A stretch of 64,000 bases of DNA, taken from assembly GCA_025457665.1 (NCBI GenBank), contig JALOTY010000005.1:4316-68315 (forward strand), read 5' to 3'. The first letter of the stretch is position 1; the number at the start of each line of letters is the position of its first letter. Of the stretch, positions 29,293 through 39,083 are shown in pieces. The position numbers were made by a program, and so were the translations under genes. This DNA comes from Akkermansiaceae bacterium. GTDB taxonomy: Bacteria; Verrucomicrobiota; Verrucomicrobiia; Verrucomicrobiales; Akkermansiaceae. The notes beneath the pieces are model-generated. The model was not told where the DNA came from. It did no database searches and saw only the letters and a list, made by a program, of their open reading frames with translations.

Positions 29293-29631
29293 ATGAACCG
29301 CCGCCGATCCGAACCCCAAAGGTCGAACTTCCCGCTGTTTCTCGCCCTCGCGATCTTCGCGCTGGTGGGTGTCACCGGTGGCGCCATGCACGCGATCTAC
29401 CGCAACGGCCAGATCAAACTCGAACGCCAGATCACCGATGCCCGCAAACGCATCGAAGGCTATCGCTCGGACATCCAACTCATCCAGGTCCGCAAGGAAC
29501 GCCTGCTGGATCGTTATGAAATCCGCGATCAGATCGCCCGCTTCGATCTTCCCCTTGTGGACGTTCCTCATGGTCAGATGGAAAAAGTCCGGCCCGAACC
29601 CGAGCCCATGCCGGTGGTGCTGCGGCCCTGA
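29293..29631 (+). CDS. ftsL: Cell division protein FtsL-like
   Basis: Lies between rsmH and ftsI; short cytoplasmic N-terminus, one TM helix, then a coiled coil; 112 aa. Called mostly from synteny. Confidence 0.65.
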   Translation: MNRRRSEPQRSNFPLFLALAIFALVGVTGGAMHAIYRNGQIKLERQITDARKRIEGYRSDIQLIQVRKERLLDRYEIRDQIARFDLPLVDVPHGQMEKVRPEPEPMPVVLRP

Positions 29632-29643
29632 GGATCCCTCGAC

Positions 29644-31575
29644 ATGTCCCCGCGTGCCTTCCAGAAACGCTGCATTTTCCTGTGCCTGATCCTCGTGATC
29701 CTGCTCAGCGGGCTCTCCGTCCGCCTCATCCAGATCCAGCTCTGGGATCGACAGAAATACGCCGAACGCGCCCGCGCCGCCTACGACCGCAGCGAGATCC
29801 TCGTCGGCATGCGCGGCAATGTCGTCGATCGCAACGAAGAAGTCCTCGCGAAAAGCATCGCCCACAGCACGGTGATGGTGGATGCGAAACTGCTGACCGA
29901 TCCGGTCGTCGTCGTCCGCGCCCTTGCCTACGAAAAGGCCTCAAGTCAGGAAGACTGGGACAAGCTCGATGGCAACCAGCGCGCCAAAAGACTCCGCAGC
30001 CTGCGCAACGCGATCCTTGAGGAGGAAACCAAGCCGGAAATCATCGTCGAGCGCCACCTCGCCCGCGCCGTCGGCCTGCTTTCCCGCCCCCTGGAAATCT
30101 CCCGCGAGGAACTCCGCAAACGCATCGAGGAACCGATCTCCCGGGGCCGACTCTATTTCCCTATCGCCAAGGACCTTGAGGAAGAAGTCGCCGACCGCAT
30201 GCGCAAGATCATCGAGGAAAACGAGCTGAAAGGCTTCCGTTTCCAAAACTCGATCAAACGCTGGTACCCCTCCCCGGAAAGCGCCGTCCACGTCGTCGGC
30301 TACATGGGCGAAAGCACGGTGGAAGACGAGGATGGCGAGAAACGCTTCGTTCAGGAAGGCAAGTTCGGCATCGAGGCCGCCATGGAAGAATTCCTCCGCG
30401 GACAAGACGGCCGCTGGGACCACCTGAACATTCCCATGCCCGATCAGGAGGGCACCCTCATCCCGCCGCGCCATGGCCTGAATGTGCAACTCACCATCGA
30501 CATGGGCATCCAGGCGATCGCCGAGGAGGAACTCGATGCCGGGTTGAAGGAGTTCGACAGCCGCCGCGGCTGCGCCATCGTGCTCGATCCCCACACCGGC
30601 GAAGTCCTCGCCATGGTCAGCCGGCCCGCCTTCAATCTGAACCTGAAAAAAGGCATGGCGGAAGGCGCCATGAACTACGCGCTCCAGGGCATCTACGAGC
30701 CGGGTAGTACTTTCAAGATCGTCGCCACCGCCGGCGCTTTGAATGAAGGCATCGTTTCCCCCACCACCCAGATTTATTGCCACAATGGCCTTTTCACGGA
30801 AGGCAAGCTGCGCATCCCCGATCACCACCCCTACGGCATGCTGTCCATCATCGGCATCCTTCAGAAATCCAGCAACATCGGTGCCTTCAAGGTTGCCCGT
30901 CAGATGGGAGTGAAAAAATTCTACCGCTACGCCGCCGACTTCGGCTTCGGTGAAGAAACCGGCATCCACCTCAGCGGCGAGTCCTCGGGCGTCGTCCGCA
31001 ATACCGGCAATCTCATCGACTTCTCCCGCGCCACCTACGGCTACGCGCTCAATGTCACCCCGCTCCAGGTGGCGAATGCCTACGCCGCCCTCGCCAATGG
31101 CGGCAATCTCATGCGCCCCCGCGTGGTGCGTTCCATCATCGCCAGCGATGGTGCCCTGCTCCAACGCTTCGAACCCGAAATCATCCGCCGCGTCATCAAC
31201 GAACGCAGCGCCCGTCAGATGCGCGAGGCCCTCGCCACCGTGACCGAAGAAGGCGGCACCGCCCTTACCGCCGCCGTTCCCGGCTTCAAGGTCGCTGGCA
31301 AGACCGGCACCGCCCGCCGCGTGGAAAAAGGCCGCTATCAGGAAGGCCACTACACCGTTTCCTTCGCCGGCTTCATGCCCGCGGAAGACCCTCGTTTCGT
31401 CTGCCTCGTGGTGGTCGATGACCCCCTCACCACCGAGGTGAAACGCTACGGCGGCACCATCGCCGCGCCGATCTTTGCCAAGATCGCCAGCCGCGTGGCC
31501 ACCCACATGCACCTCGAACCCACCGAGCCCATCGAGGGCGAAGAGGAACCCCTCGCCGAAAACCAGGAGGACTGA
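29644..31575 (+). CDS. ftsI: Class B penicillin-binding protein (FtsI/PBP3)
   Basis: N-terminal TM, RGNVVDRN, YEPGSTFK (SxxK), KSSNIG (SxN), GKTGTA (KTG). Confidence 0.92.
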   Translation: MSPRAFQKRCIFLCLILVILLSGLSVRLIQIQLWDRQKYAERARAAYDRSEILVGMRGNVVDRNEEVLAKSIAHSTVMVDAKLLTDPVVVVRALAYEKASSQEDWDKLDGNQRAKRLRSLRNAILEEETKPEIIVERHLARAVGLLSRPLEISREELRKRIEEPISRGRLYFPIAKDLEEEVADRMRKIIEENELKGFRFQNSIKRWYPSPESAVHVVGYMGESTVEDEDGEKRFVQEGKFGIEAAMEEFLRGQDGRWDHLNIPMPDQEGTLIPPRHGLNVQLTIDMGIQAIAEEELDAGLKEFDSRRGCAIVLDPHTGEVLAMVSRPAFNLNLKKGMAEGAMNYALQGIYEPGSTFKIVATAGALNEGIVSPTTQIYCHNGLFTEGKLRIPDHHPYGMLSIIGILQKSSNIGAFKVARQMGVKKFYRYAADFGFGEETGIHLSGESSGVVRNTGNLIDFSRATYGYALNVTPLQVANAYAALANGGNLMRPRVVRSIIASDGALLQRFEPEIIRRVINERSARQMREALATVTEEGGTALTAAVPGFKVAGKTGTARRVEKGRYQEGHYTVSFAGFMPAEDPRFVCLVVVDDPLTTEVKRYGGTIAAPIFAKIASRVATHMHLEPTEPIEGEEEPLAENQED

Positions 31576-33077
31576 TGACCCTGCGCGATTTGCTTTCCCG
31601 ACTTTCCCGGCCCCTCGTCGAAGGGCCTCTCGACACCGTGCCCACTTCCGTCACTGCGGATTCACGCCTCGTACAGCCGGGATCGATCTTCGTCGCCATC
31701 CGCGGCGAATCCGGTGACGGACGTCGTTTCATCGATGCCGCCCTGGCCGCCGGAGCCAGCACCATCGTGGCGGACTCGCCCGTGGAAACCGGCCTGCCGG
31801 AAGGCTGCACCTGGATTCAGGTGGCCGACCCGCGCCTCGCCATCTCCGCCCTTGCTGCGGCGCTGCATGGAGATCCATCGGCGAAACTCCGCCTCGCCGG
31901 CATCACCGGCACCAATGGCAAGACGACCACCACTTTCCTCATCCACCACATCATGAAATCCGTCTGGCACCGCGCCGGACTGATCGGCACGGTCTTCGTG
32001 GATGATGGCGAAAACGCCGTCCCCGCCAGTCACACCACGCCGGATTCCGCCGTCCTCCAGGGCCTGCTCGCCCGCATGGTCGATCACGACTGCCGCGGCG
32101 TGGCCATTGAGGTTTCCTCCCACGGCATCGATCAAAAACGCGTCGCCCATGCCGCCTTCGATGCCCTCGTCTTCAGCAATCTGACCCAAGACCACCTCGA
32201 CTACCACGGCACCATGGAGGCCTATGCCGAGGCGAAATTTTCGTGGTTCGAGGCCGCCGCCGCCGATCCCCAGGGGAAAAAGCCGCTGGCCGCCATCAAC
32301 ATCGATGACGCCGCCGGCGAGGAACTCATGACGCGCCTGGATGGCCGCATGCCCACACTCGGATACGGCTTCGCTGCCAAGGCCGCCCTGCGTGCCCTCG
32401 ATTTCCGCCAATCGCCCCGCGGCATGGAGCTGAAGATCGAAGTACGAGGAAAGCAGTACTTGGTCCGCGCCCCCCTCATCGGCCGCTTCAATGCCTACAA
32501 TGTCATGGCCGCCCTCGCTGCCGCCAAGGGTTGCGGCATCAGCATGCGCTCCGCCGTGGCCGCCATGGCGGATGCCCCCCAGGTTCCCGGACGCATGGAA
32601 AACTGCGGCACCCGCGGGGGTGTCACGGTTTTCGTGGACTACGCCCACACCCCGGACGCCCTCGAAAACGCCTGCCGCACACTCAAGGAACTGCAACCCA
32701 AGCGCCTCATCACCGTCTTCGGCTGCGGTGGAGATCGCGATAAAACCAAGCGCCCGCAAATGGCCCGCGCCGCTGCGCGCCATAGCGATGCCTGCATCAT
32801 CACTTCCGACAATCCCCGCAGCGAGGATCCGGAAGCCATCATCCGCGCCATCGAATCCGGCATGGGCAACGCGAAATACCGCTCCGTGACCGATCGCGCC
32901 GAGGCGATCCGCATCGCCGTCCATGCCGCCGGTCCCGGTGACATCGTGCTCGTCGCCGGCAAGGGCCACGAAACCTATCAGCAGTTCGCTCACGAAACGC
33001 TCGATTTCGATGACCGCCGCGAAGTCCGCCGCGCCCTGGAGGAACGCCCCGAGGAAGAGGAAAGGAGGACCCGGTGA
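31575..33077 (+). CDS. murE: UDP-N-acetylmuramoyl-tripeptide ligase MurE
   Basis: GITGTNGKTT, HTTPD, EVSSHG, QDHLDYH, PGRME, DYAHTPDAL, FGCGGDRD, DNPR (meso-DAP specificity motif), AGKGHE. Confidence 0.96.
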   Translation: MTLRDLLSRLSRPLVEGPLDTVPTSVTADSRLVQPGSIFVAIRGESGDGRRFIDAALAAGASTIVADSPVETGLPEGCTWIQVADPRLAISALAAALHGDPSAKLRLAGITGTNGKTTTTFLIHHIMKSVWHRAGLIGTVFVDDGENAVPASHTTPDSAVLQGLLARMVDHDCRGVAIEVSSHGIDQKRVAHAAFDALVFSNLTQDHLDYHGTMEAYAEAKFSWFEAAAADPQGKKPLAAINIDDAAGEELMTRLDGRMPTLGYGFAAKAALRALDFRQSPRGMELKIEVRGKQYLVRAPLIGRFNAYNVMAALAAAKGCGISMRSAVAAMADAPQVPGRMENCGTRGGVTVFVDYAHTPDALENACRTLKELQPKRLITVFGCGGDRDKTKRPQMARAAARHSDACIITSDNPRSEDPEAIIRAIESGMGNAKYRSVTDRAEAIRIAVHAAGPGDIVLVAGKGHETYQQFAHETLDFDDRREVRRALEERPEEEERRTR

Positions 33078-34438
33078 TCGCCACGGATGCGGAAACCATC
33101 GCCAGGGCCATCGGCGGCGAAGTCATCGCCGGTGATCCCGCGCGCAGCGCCACCACCGTTTCCACGGATACCCGCACGCTCGAACCCGCCGCCTGCTGGG
33201 TCGCCCTGCGCGGCGAGCGCTTCGATGCCAATGATTTCGCCCCTGCCGCCATCGAGTCCGGGGCCGGCATCGTCATCGTCGAACGTTGGGATGGCGCACC
33301 GCCGCAGGATGCCACCGTCATCCGCGTCGATGACGGCCTCAATGCCCTTCAACGCCTCGCCCATTGGCATCGCTCGCGGCTGGATCTTCACGTCGTCGGC
33401 ATCACCGGCTCGAACGGCAAGACCAGCACCAAGGATTTCACGCGCGCCGTTTTGGCCGCCCATTACGAAACCCTCGCCACCCGCGGAAATCTCAACAACC
33501 ACATCGGCGTCCCTCTCACCGTGCTCGGCATCGGCTCGGAACACCAGGCCGCCGTGGTCGAAATGGGCATGAACCATCCCGGCGAGATCGCCCCGCTCTG
33601 CCAGATCGCCCGCCCCCGCGCCGGCATCATCACCAATATCGGCACCGCCCACATCGAACACCTCGGCAGCCGCGAAGCCATCGCCGAGGAAAAAGGTGCC
33701 CTCGCCCGCTCGCTTCCGGAGGATGGCGCGCTCTTCATCCCGGCCGGCTGCGATTTCGCCAACTACTTCATGTCTCGTACCAAGGCCCGCGTCATCACCG
33801 TGGGCAATGGCCGCGGACTGGTGCGCGCCGAAAACCTCTCCCAAGACGGCGTCGGCTCGCGCTTCACGCTCGTCATCGAAGACCGCGCGGTCGGCGAAGT
33901 GACCCTGCCGGTCATCGGCCGCCACATGGTGAAAAACGCCCTCCTCGCCGCCGGAGTCGGCTGGTTCTTCGGCGTGCCCGCCGAGAAAATCGCCGCCGGC
34001 CTCAGCGCCTCATCCGTTACCAGTGGCCGCCTCCGCCGCTTCGAGCGGAATGGGATCACGGTTTTCGACGATACCTACAATGCCAACCCGGAATCGATGG
34101 CCGCAGCGATCGATACCCTCGGCGATGTCCCCGTGGGACCCGGCGGAAAACGTCACATCGTCATGGGCCGCATGGGCGAACTCGGCCCCCACGCGGCGGA
34201 AGCCCATCTCGCCGCCGGTCGCCTCGCCCGTTCACGCGGGCTCGAAGTCAGCGTCGTCGGCCCCGGAGCGGAAGGCATGGCCCAGGGTGCCGGTGGCGCG
34301 CCCCACTATGCCACGGCCGATGATGCCGCCGCCGCCCTCACCGCCCTGCTCAAGCCCGGGGATGTCGTGCTTTTCAAAGCCAGCCGCAGTGCCGCGCTGG
34401 AGCAAGTCATGAACCGGATCTTCCCTCCCGAAAACTGA
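33074..34438 (+). CDS. murF: UDP-N-acetylmuramoyl-tripeptide--D-Ala-D-Ala ligase
   Basis: ITGSNGKTSTK, NLNNHIGVP, EMGMNHPGEI, DDTYNANPESM, MGELG, KASR. Confidence 0.96.
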   Translation: MIATDAETIARAIGGEVIAGDPARSATTVSTDTRTLEPAACWVALRGERFDANDFAPAAIESGAGIVIVERWDGAPPQDATVIRVDDGLNALQRLAHWHRSRLDLHVVGITGSNGKTSTKDFTRAVLAAHYETLATRGNLNNHIGVPLTVLGIGSEHQAAVVEMGMNHPGEIAPLCQIARPRAGIITNIGTAHIEHLGSREAIAEEKGALARSLPEDGALFIPAGCDFANYFMSRTKARVITVGNGRGLVRAENLSQDGVGSRFTLVIEDRAVGEVTLPVIGRHMVKNALLAAGVGWFFGVPAEKIAAGLSASSVTSGRLRRFERNGITVFDDTYNANPESMAAAIDTLGDVPVGPGGKRHIVMGRMGELGPHAAEAHLAAGRLARSRGLEVSVVGPGAEGMAQGAGGAPHYATADDAAAALTALLKPGDVVLFKASRSAALEQVMNRIFPPEN

Positions 34439-35646
34439 TGTTGTACTGGATCTACGATTTCTGGAAGTCGGCCTTCGATGCCGAGAAAGCCGCCGGCACC
34501 GAAGGCTGGGCTCACACGATGAGTTTCCTCAACCTTCTCGGCTACATCACTTTCCGCGCCGCCGTCGCCTGTCTGCTCTCCTTCGGCCTGAGCATCCTTT
34601 TCGGCCCTCGGGTGATCCGTCGGCTCATTTCCCTGAAGGTCGGCCAGCCCATCCGCACCGCCGAGGAAGTCCACAAGCTCGCCGAACTCCACGGCGGAAA
34701 GGTCGGCACCCCCACCATGGGCGGTGTCCTCATCCTCGGTTCCGTCCTCGCCTCCGTCCTCATTTGCGCCCGCCCCTTCAATCCCTTCGTCGCGGTCTGC
34801 GCCTGCACCATGGGCGCCCTCGGCCTGTTAGGGTTCATGGACGATTACACGAAGGTGAAAAAGAAGAACTCGGATGGCGTCAGCGCCCGCACGAAGTTGT
34901 TCTGGCAGCTCGTCATCGGCCTCATCGCCGCCTGTTTCCTCTACTTCAAGACGGAGATCTCCGGCTTCGGCGCAGGACCGGACATGGCCGGCACGGTCGG
35001 CTATCAGTTCGGAAATGAACCACTGAAAATCAGCCAGATCACCTTCCCGCTTTTCAAGACACCGCTCATCGATCTTCACTGGTTCGTCATTCCTTTCTAT
35101 GTCGCGATCATCATCGGCTGTTCGAATGCCGTGAACCTCACCGATGGCCTCGATGGCCTCGCCACCGGCTGCACGATCACCGTTTCCCTCGCCTACGCCG
35201 GTCTCGCCTATCTCGCCGGCCATCACTTCATGGCGAATGATTACCTGACCATTCCCTACAACCCCTTCGTCGGCGAGCTGTCCGTTTTCCTCATGGCCCT
35301 CGCCGGTGCCGGCTTCGGTTTCCTGTGGTTCAACTGTCACCCTGCCAAGGTCTTCATGGGCGATACCGGCTCGCTCGCCATCGGCGGTGCCATCGGCACG
35401 GCGGCCCTTTGCGTGAAACAGGAACTGCTGCTGGTCATCATCGGCGGTGTCTTCGTGATGGAAGCACTCTCCGTCATGCTCCAGGTGGGCAGCTTCAAGC
35501 TCCGCAAAAAGCGGATCTTCGCCATGGCCCCCATCCACCACCATTTCGAACTCCGCGGCTGGCATGAAAGCCAGGTGATCATCCGCTTCTGGATCCTCTC
35601 CATCATGCTCGCCCTCGCCGGGCTGGCCCTTCTCAAAATTGTCTAA
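34438..35646 (+). CDS. mraY: Phospho-N-acetylmuramoyl-pentapeptide transferase
   Basis: KVGTPTMGG, MDDYTK, NAVNLTDGLDGL, FMGDTGSL, MAPIHHHFEL. Confidence 0.97.
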   Translation: MLYWIYDFWKSAFDAEKAAGTEGWAHTMSFLNLLGYITFRAAVACLLSFGLSILFGPRVIRRLISLKVGQPIRTAEEVHKLAELHGGKVGTPTMGGVLILGSVLASVLICARPFNPFVAVCACTMGALGLLGFMDDYTKVKKKNSDGVSARTKLFWQLVIGLIAACFLYFKTEISGFGAGPDMAGTVGYQFGNEPLKISQITFPLFKTPLIDLHWFVIPFYVAIIIGCSNAVNLTDGLDGLATGCTITVSLAYAGLAYLAGHHFMANDYLTIPYNPFVGELSVFLMALAGAGFGFLWFNCHPAKVFMGDTGSLAIGGAIGTAALCVKQELLLVIIGGVFVMEALSVMLQVGSFKLRKKRIFAMAPIHHHFELRGWHESQVIIRFWILSIMLALAGLALLKIV

Positions 35647-35649
35647 CGG

Positions 35650-36951
35650 ATGCAACTCCACGGAAAACGCGTGAACATCCTCGGGGCGGGCCGCAGCGGC
35701 CACGCCGCCGCCCAACTCTGCCTGCACCACGGCGCCGCCTCGGTGCATGTCTTCGATGCCAAGCCGGAAATCACCGGCATGCCCGAAGCGGTGGTCCTCC
35801 ACCCCTCCGCCAGCCCGGAAAGCCCGGAAGCCTGCGATGTCCTCGTCGTCAGCCCCGGCATCGATACCTACGGACCCCTCGTTGGTGCCTTTGCCAATCT
35901 CGCCGGAGAAACGATCGGCGAAATCGAACTCGCCATCCGCTACTATGAAGGCCGTATCATCGCCATCACCGGCACGAACGGCAAAACCACCACCACCGAA
36001 CTCGTCGAACGCCTGCTGCGCGCCGCCGGGATCGATGCCGTGGCCTGCGGCAACTACGGCGTGCCGGTCTGCGAGGTCGTCATGCGCGATCCCCAGCCGC
36101 AGGCACTCGCGCTTGAGGCCAGCTCGTTCCAGTTGGAAACCATCGTCGATTTCCGCCCGGAGGTTTCCGTGTGGCTGAACTTCGCTCCGGACCACATGGA
36201 CCGCTATCCGGATGTCGATACCTACCGCCGCGCGAAACTGCGGATCTTCGAAAACCAAACCGCCGCAGACATTGCCGTGATCCGTCATGGCGAGCCCATC
36301 GATGGCATCGCTCCGCGCCGGATTTCCTTCTCCACCGAATCCCGCGATGCCGATTGGTGGTCGGACGGCGAGACGCTCTACCATGGCAAGGATCCCGTGC
36401 TCGATATGATCCAAGGCTCGCACCTCCGCGGCCTGCACAATGCCGAAAATGCCATGGCCGCCATCGCCGCCTGCGAGGCTCTCGGCATCCCGCGCGAGGC
36501 TGTCGTCCGTGCTTTCGATGGCTATGCCCCACCCCGCCATCGCTGCGAGTTGGTGCGCACGCTCGATGGCGTGGAGTGGCTGAACGATTCCAAGGCCACG
36601 AACCTCCACGCCTTGGAAAGCGCCCTGCGTTCGCAGACCCGCCCCGTGGTCCTCATCGCCGGCGGCAAGGAAAAGGGCCTCGATTACACCCCGGTCCTGC
36701 CCCTCTTGGAAAAGAAAGCCGTGGCCGTCGCGACCTTCGGCCAGATCGGCTCACGCCTGGCCGAACTCTTCCGCCCGGTGGTCGCCACGGACGCCTGCAC
36801 GACCCTTGCCGAAGCCGTCGCCGCCGCCCGCAAACGCGCCCCACGCGGTTCCACCGTTCTCTTTTCCCCCGGCACTTCCTCTTTCGATCAATTCCATGGC
36901 TACGAAGACCGCGGCGACAGCTTCTGCCGCCTGGTCCATGAACTCCGCTGA
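35650..36951 (+). CDS. murD: UDP-N-acetylmuramoyl-L-alanine--D-glutamate ligase
   Basis: SPGI, ITGTNGKTTT, EASSFQL, DHMDRY, HRCE, NDSKATN, GGKEKG, FSPGTSSFDQF. Confidence 0.96.
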   Translation: MQLHGKRVNILGAGRSGHAAAQLCLHHGAASVHVFDAKPEITGMPEAVVLHPSASPESPEACDVLVVSPGIDTYGPLVGAFANLAGETIGEIELAIRYYEGRIIAITGTNGKTTTTELVERLLRAAGIDAVACGNYGVPVCEVVMRDPQPQALALEASSFQLETIVDFRPEVSVWLNFAPDHMDRYPDVDTYRRAKLRIFENQTAADIAVIRHGEPIDGIAPRRISFSTESRDADWWSDGETLYHGKDPVLDMIQGSHLRGLHNAENAMAAIAACEALGIPREAVVRAFDGYAPPRHRCELVRTLDGVEWLNDSKATNLHALESALRSQTRPVVLIAGGKEKGLDYTPVLPLLEKKAVAVATFGQIGSRLAELFRPVVATDACTTLAEAVAAARKRAPRGSTVLFSPGTSSFDQFHGYEDRGDSFCRLVHELR

Positions 36952-36966
36952 CACCCCACGACCCTT

Positions 36967-37812
36967 ATGAAGAACCAACGCATGTCCGTGAAACGACGCA
37001 CCGTCCGCAAAGGCGCGCTCCGCACGCTCTTCGCGAACGTGATGCGCAAGAACAAGAATCATCGCGCCGCTACCGCCGTCCCCACCGCCGACGACTTCGA
37101 GGACGATGTGCCCAATGTCGGCATCGGCCGCGCGCTTTTGGTGATCCTCATCATCCACGTCATCGCCATCGGTGGGATTTTCTATCACAGCCACCGCGTG
37201 GAGAAAAAGAATGAGGCCACCGTGGACAACGCGCTACCCGCCCGCGTGGTGACTCCCGCCCGCCCACTGACCACCACTGCGGACACGCGCAGCGATGAGG
37301 AGGCTCCCCAGCTCCGTCAAGGCGATCAGCACTACACCGTCGGCACCGGCGAGACTTATGCCAGCATCGCCGCAAGCTTCGGGATCGATGAAATGGAACT
37401 TCGCTCCACGAATCGCAGAACAGAGCTCCGTCAAGGCGACCGTCTGGTGATTCCGCCGAGGGCTATCACCGCCTTGGAATCTCCGGAAATCGCCCAACTC
37501 CGCATGGCTCCCGCCACCCCGGCCGCACCGGTGGAAGCGCCGACCACTCTTGCCGAAGGCCCGGCCGCAGGGCTCATGCCCACGGAAGCCGCGCTGGAGG
37601 TCGATGCCCTTGCCGCCGATCCCGCCCCCGCCGCGGCCGAACCCGCTGCAGCCCCTGTCCAAGCCGAAGCTTCCGCCTACACCGTGAAATCCGGCGACAC
37701 GTTCTGGGGCATCGCGAAAAAACACGGCACCACGGTGGATGCCTTGATGAAACTCAATGGTATCACCGATGCCCGCAAACTCCGCGCCGGCATGAGCCTG
37801 AAGATTCCCTGA
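36967..37812 (+). CDS. Membrane-anchored LysM-domain protein
   Basis: One TM helix; two LysM-like segments (HYTVGTGETYASIAASFG; YTVKSGDTFWGIAKKHGTTVDALMKLN...LKIP). Confidence 0.88.
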   Translation: MKNQRMSVKRRTVRKGALRTLFANVMRKNKNHRAATAVPTADDFEDDVPNVGIGRALLVILIIHVIAIGGIFYHSHRVEKKNEATVDNALPARVVTPARPLTTTADTRSDEEAPQLRQGDQHYTVGTGETYASIAASFGIDEMELRSTNRRTELRQGDRLVIPPRAITALESPEIAQLRMAPATPAAPVEAPTTLAEGPAAGLMPTEAALEVDALAADPAPAAAEPAAAPVQAEASAYTVKSGDTFWGIAKKHGTTVDALMKLNGITDARKLRAGMSLKIP

Positions 37813-37837
37813 AGCTTCTTTCCCGCCTTCCCCTTCC

Positions 37838-38989
37838 ATGGTCAGCCGCTACCTGAACTTCGCTCTCTGCGCTGCCGTCGTCGCCCTCGTCGGCCTCGGC
37901 TTGGTCATGCTCGCCAGCACCAGTGCATGGGTTCAGGGACAGGAGGATCCCTACTATTTCTTCTGGCGACAGACCGCCATGGCCGTTCTTGGGGTGGTCG
38001 GCGCCGTGAGTCTGGCGATGATCGATCCCGCCTATCTCCGTCGTCATTGGGTCTGGCTGATGCTCGTTTCCTGCTTCCTCCTCTCCCTCTGCTTCGTGCC
38101 CGGAGTGGCATCGGAAATCAACGGCGAACGGCGCTGGATCAATGTGCCCATCGTAAACCGCTTCCAGCCTTCGGAAGTGGCCAAGGCCCTCACGATGATC
38201 GCCCTCGCCGGCTGGTTCGCCCGCTGGCAAACCGAAATCTCGACCTTCTGGAGAGGTTTCATCGTCCCCAGCCTGCTCCTTGGCATTCCCTTCTGCCTGA
38301 TCTTTTTCGAGACGGACATGGGCACTGCCGTGGGTCTCGGAGCTGCGGGTTTCGCCGTTCTTTTCACCGCTGGCGTGCGCCTTTGGTATCTCCTGCCCAC
38401 GGTGATCGCGGGGATGGCGGCTTTCTGGGTCCTCGTGCAGTCCAACGAAAACCGCTGGAGCCGTATCGAAGCCTGGTTGAATCTGGAAAACCCCTACCAC
38501 CAGATCCGCAAGGGACTGCAACAATGGCGCGCCCTCCTCGCTTTCGGCAACGGCGGTGCCACCGGCCAGGGCCTCGGCAATGGCTTCGAAAAATTCGGCC
38601 ACATGCCCTATGCCCACACCGACTTCATCTTCCCCAACATCGGTGAGGAACTCGGCCTCTACGGCACGCTCTCCACAGTCTTCTGCTACGTGATCATCGC
38701 CTGCGCCGGAGTCGGCATCGCCCTCCATGCCACGAACGTCTTCAACCGCTGCCTCGCCATCGGACTGACGACGGTGATCGTCGTACCAGCCATGGTGAAC
38801 ATCGCCGTCACCACCGCCGTCCTGCCCAATACCGGCCTGCCCCTGCCCTTCGTCAGCTACGGCGGCACGAACCTCGTCTTCACCCTCGCTGCCGTCGGCA
38901 TGCTTTGCGGCATCCACCGCCGTTCGCGCTTCGATCTCCGCCACGTCCGCGGCCTCAGCGCCCCCAAGGCAGAAGAAGTGCGGATCTGA
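37838..38989 (+). CDS. ftsW: SEDS peptidoglycan polymerase FtsW
   Basis: NGERRWI, FQPSEVAK, DMGTA, GQGLGNG, AHTDFIFPNIGEELG, LPNTGLPLPFVSYGG; position in the dcw cluster. Confidence 0.92.
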   Translation: MVSRYLNFALCAAVVALVGLGLVMLASTSAWVQGQEDPYYFFWRQTAMAVLGVVGAVSLAMIDPAYLRRHWVWLMLVSCFLLSLCFVPGVASEINGERRWINVPIVNRFQPSEVAKALTMIALAGWFARWQTEISTFWRGFIVPSLLLGIPFCLIFFETDMGTAVGLGAAGFAVLFTAGVRLWYLLPTVIAGMAAFWVLVQSNENRWSRIEAWLNLENPYHQIRKGLQQWRALLAFGNGGATGQGLGNGFEKFGHMPYAHTDFIFPNIGEELGLYGTLSTVFCYVIIACAGVGIALHATNVFNRCLAIGLTTVIVVPAMVNIAVTTAVLPNTGLPLPFVSYGGTNLVFTLAAVGMLCGIHRRSRFDLRHVRGLSAPKAEEVRI

Positions 38990-39040
38990 TTTCCACCGCA
39001 GTCACACGCCTGAGAGCGGTGGATTCGGTGGGAGAAACGC

Positions 39041-39081
39041 AAAAAGCGAAATCGCCCGTCTTGATTTTCGGGAAGTTTCGC
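39041..39081 (-). terminator. Possible terminator between convergent ftsW and the glycosyltransferase gene
   Basis: GCGAAAT (39046-39052) / GTTTCGC (39075-39081) with inner CCCG/CGGG, followed on the minus strand by TTTTT. Confidence 0.4.
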
Positions 39082-39083
39082 GG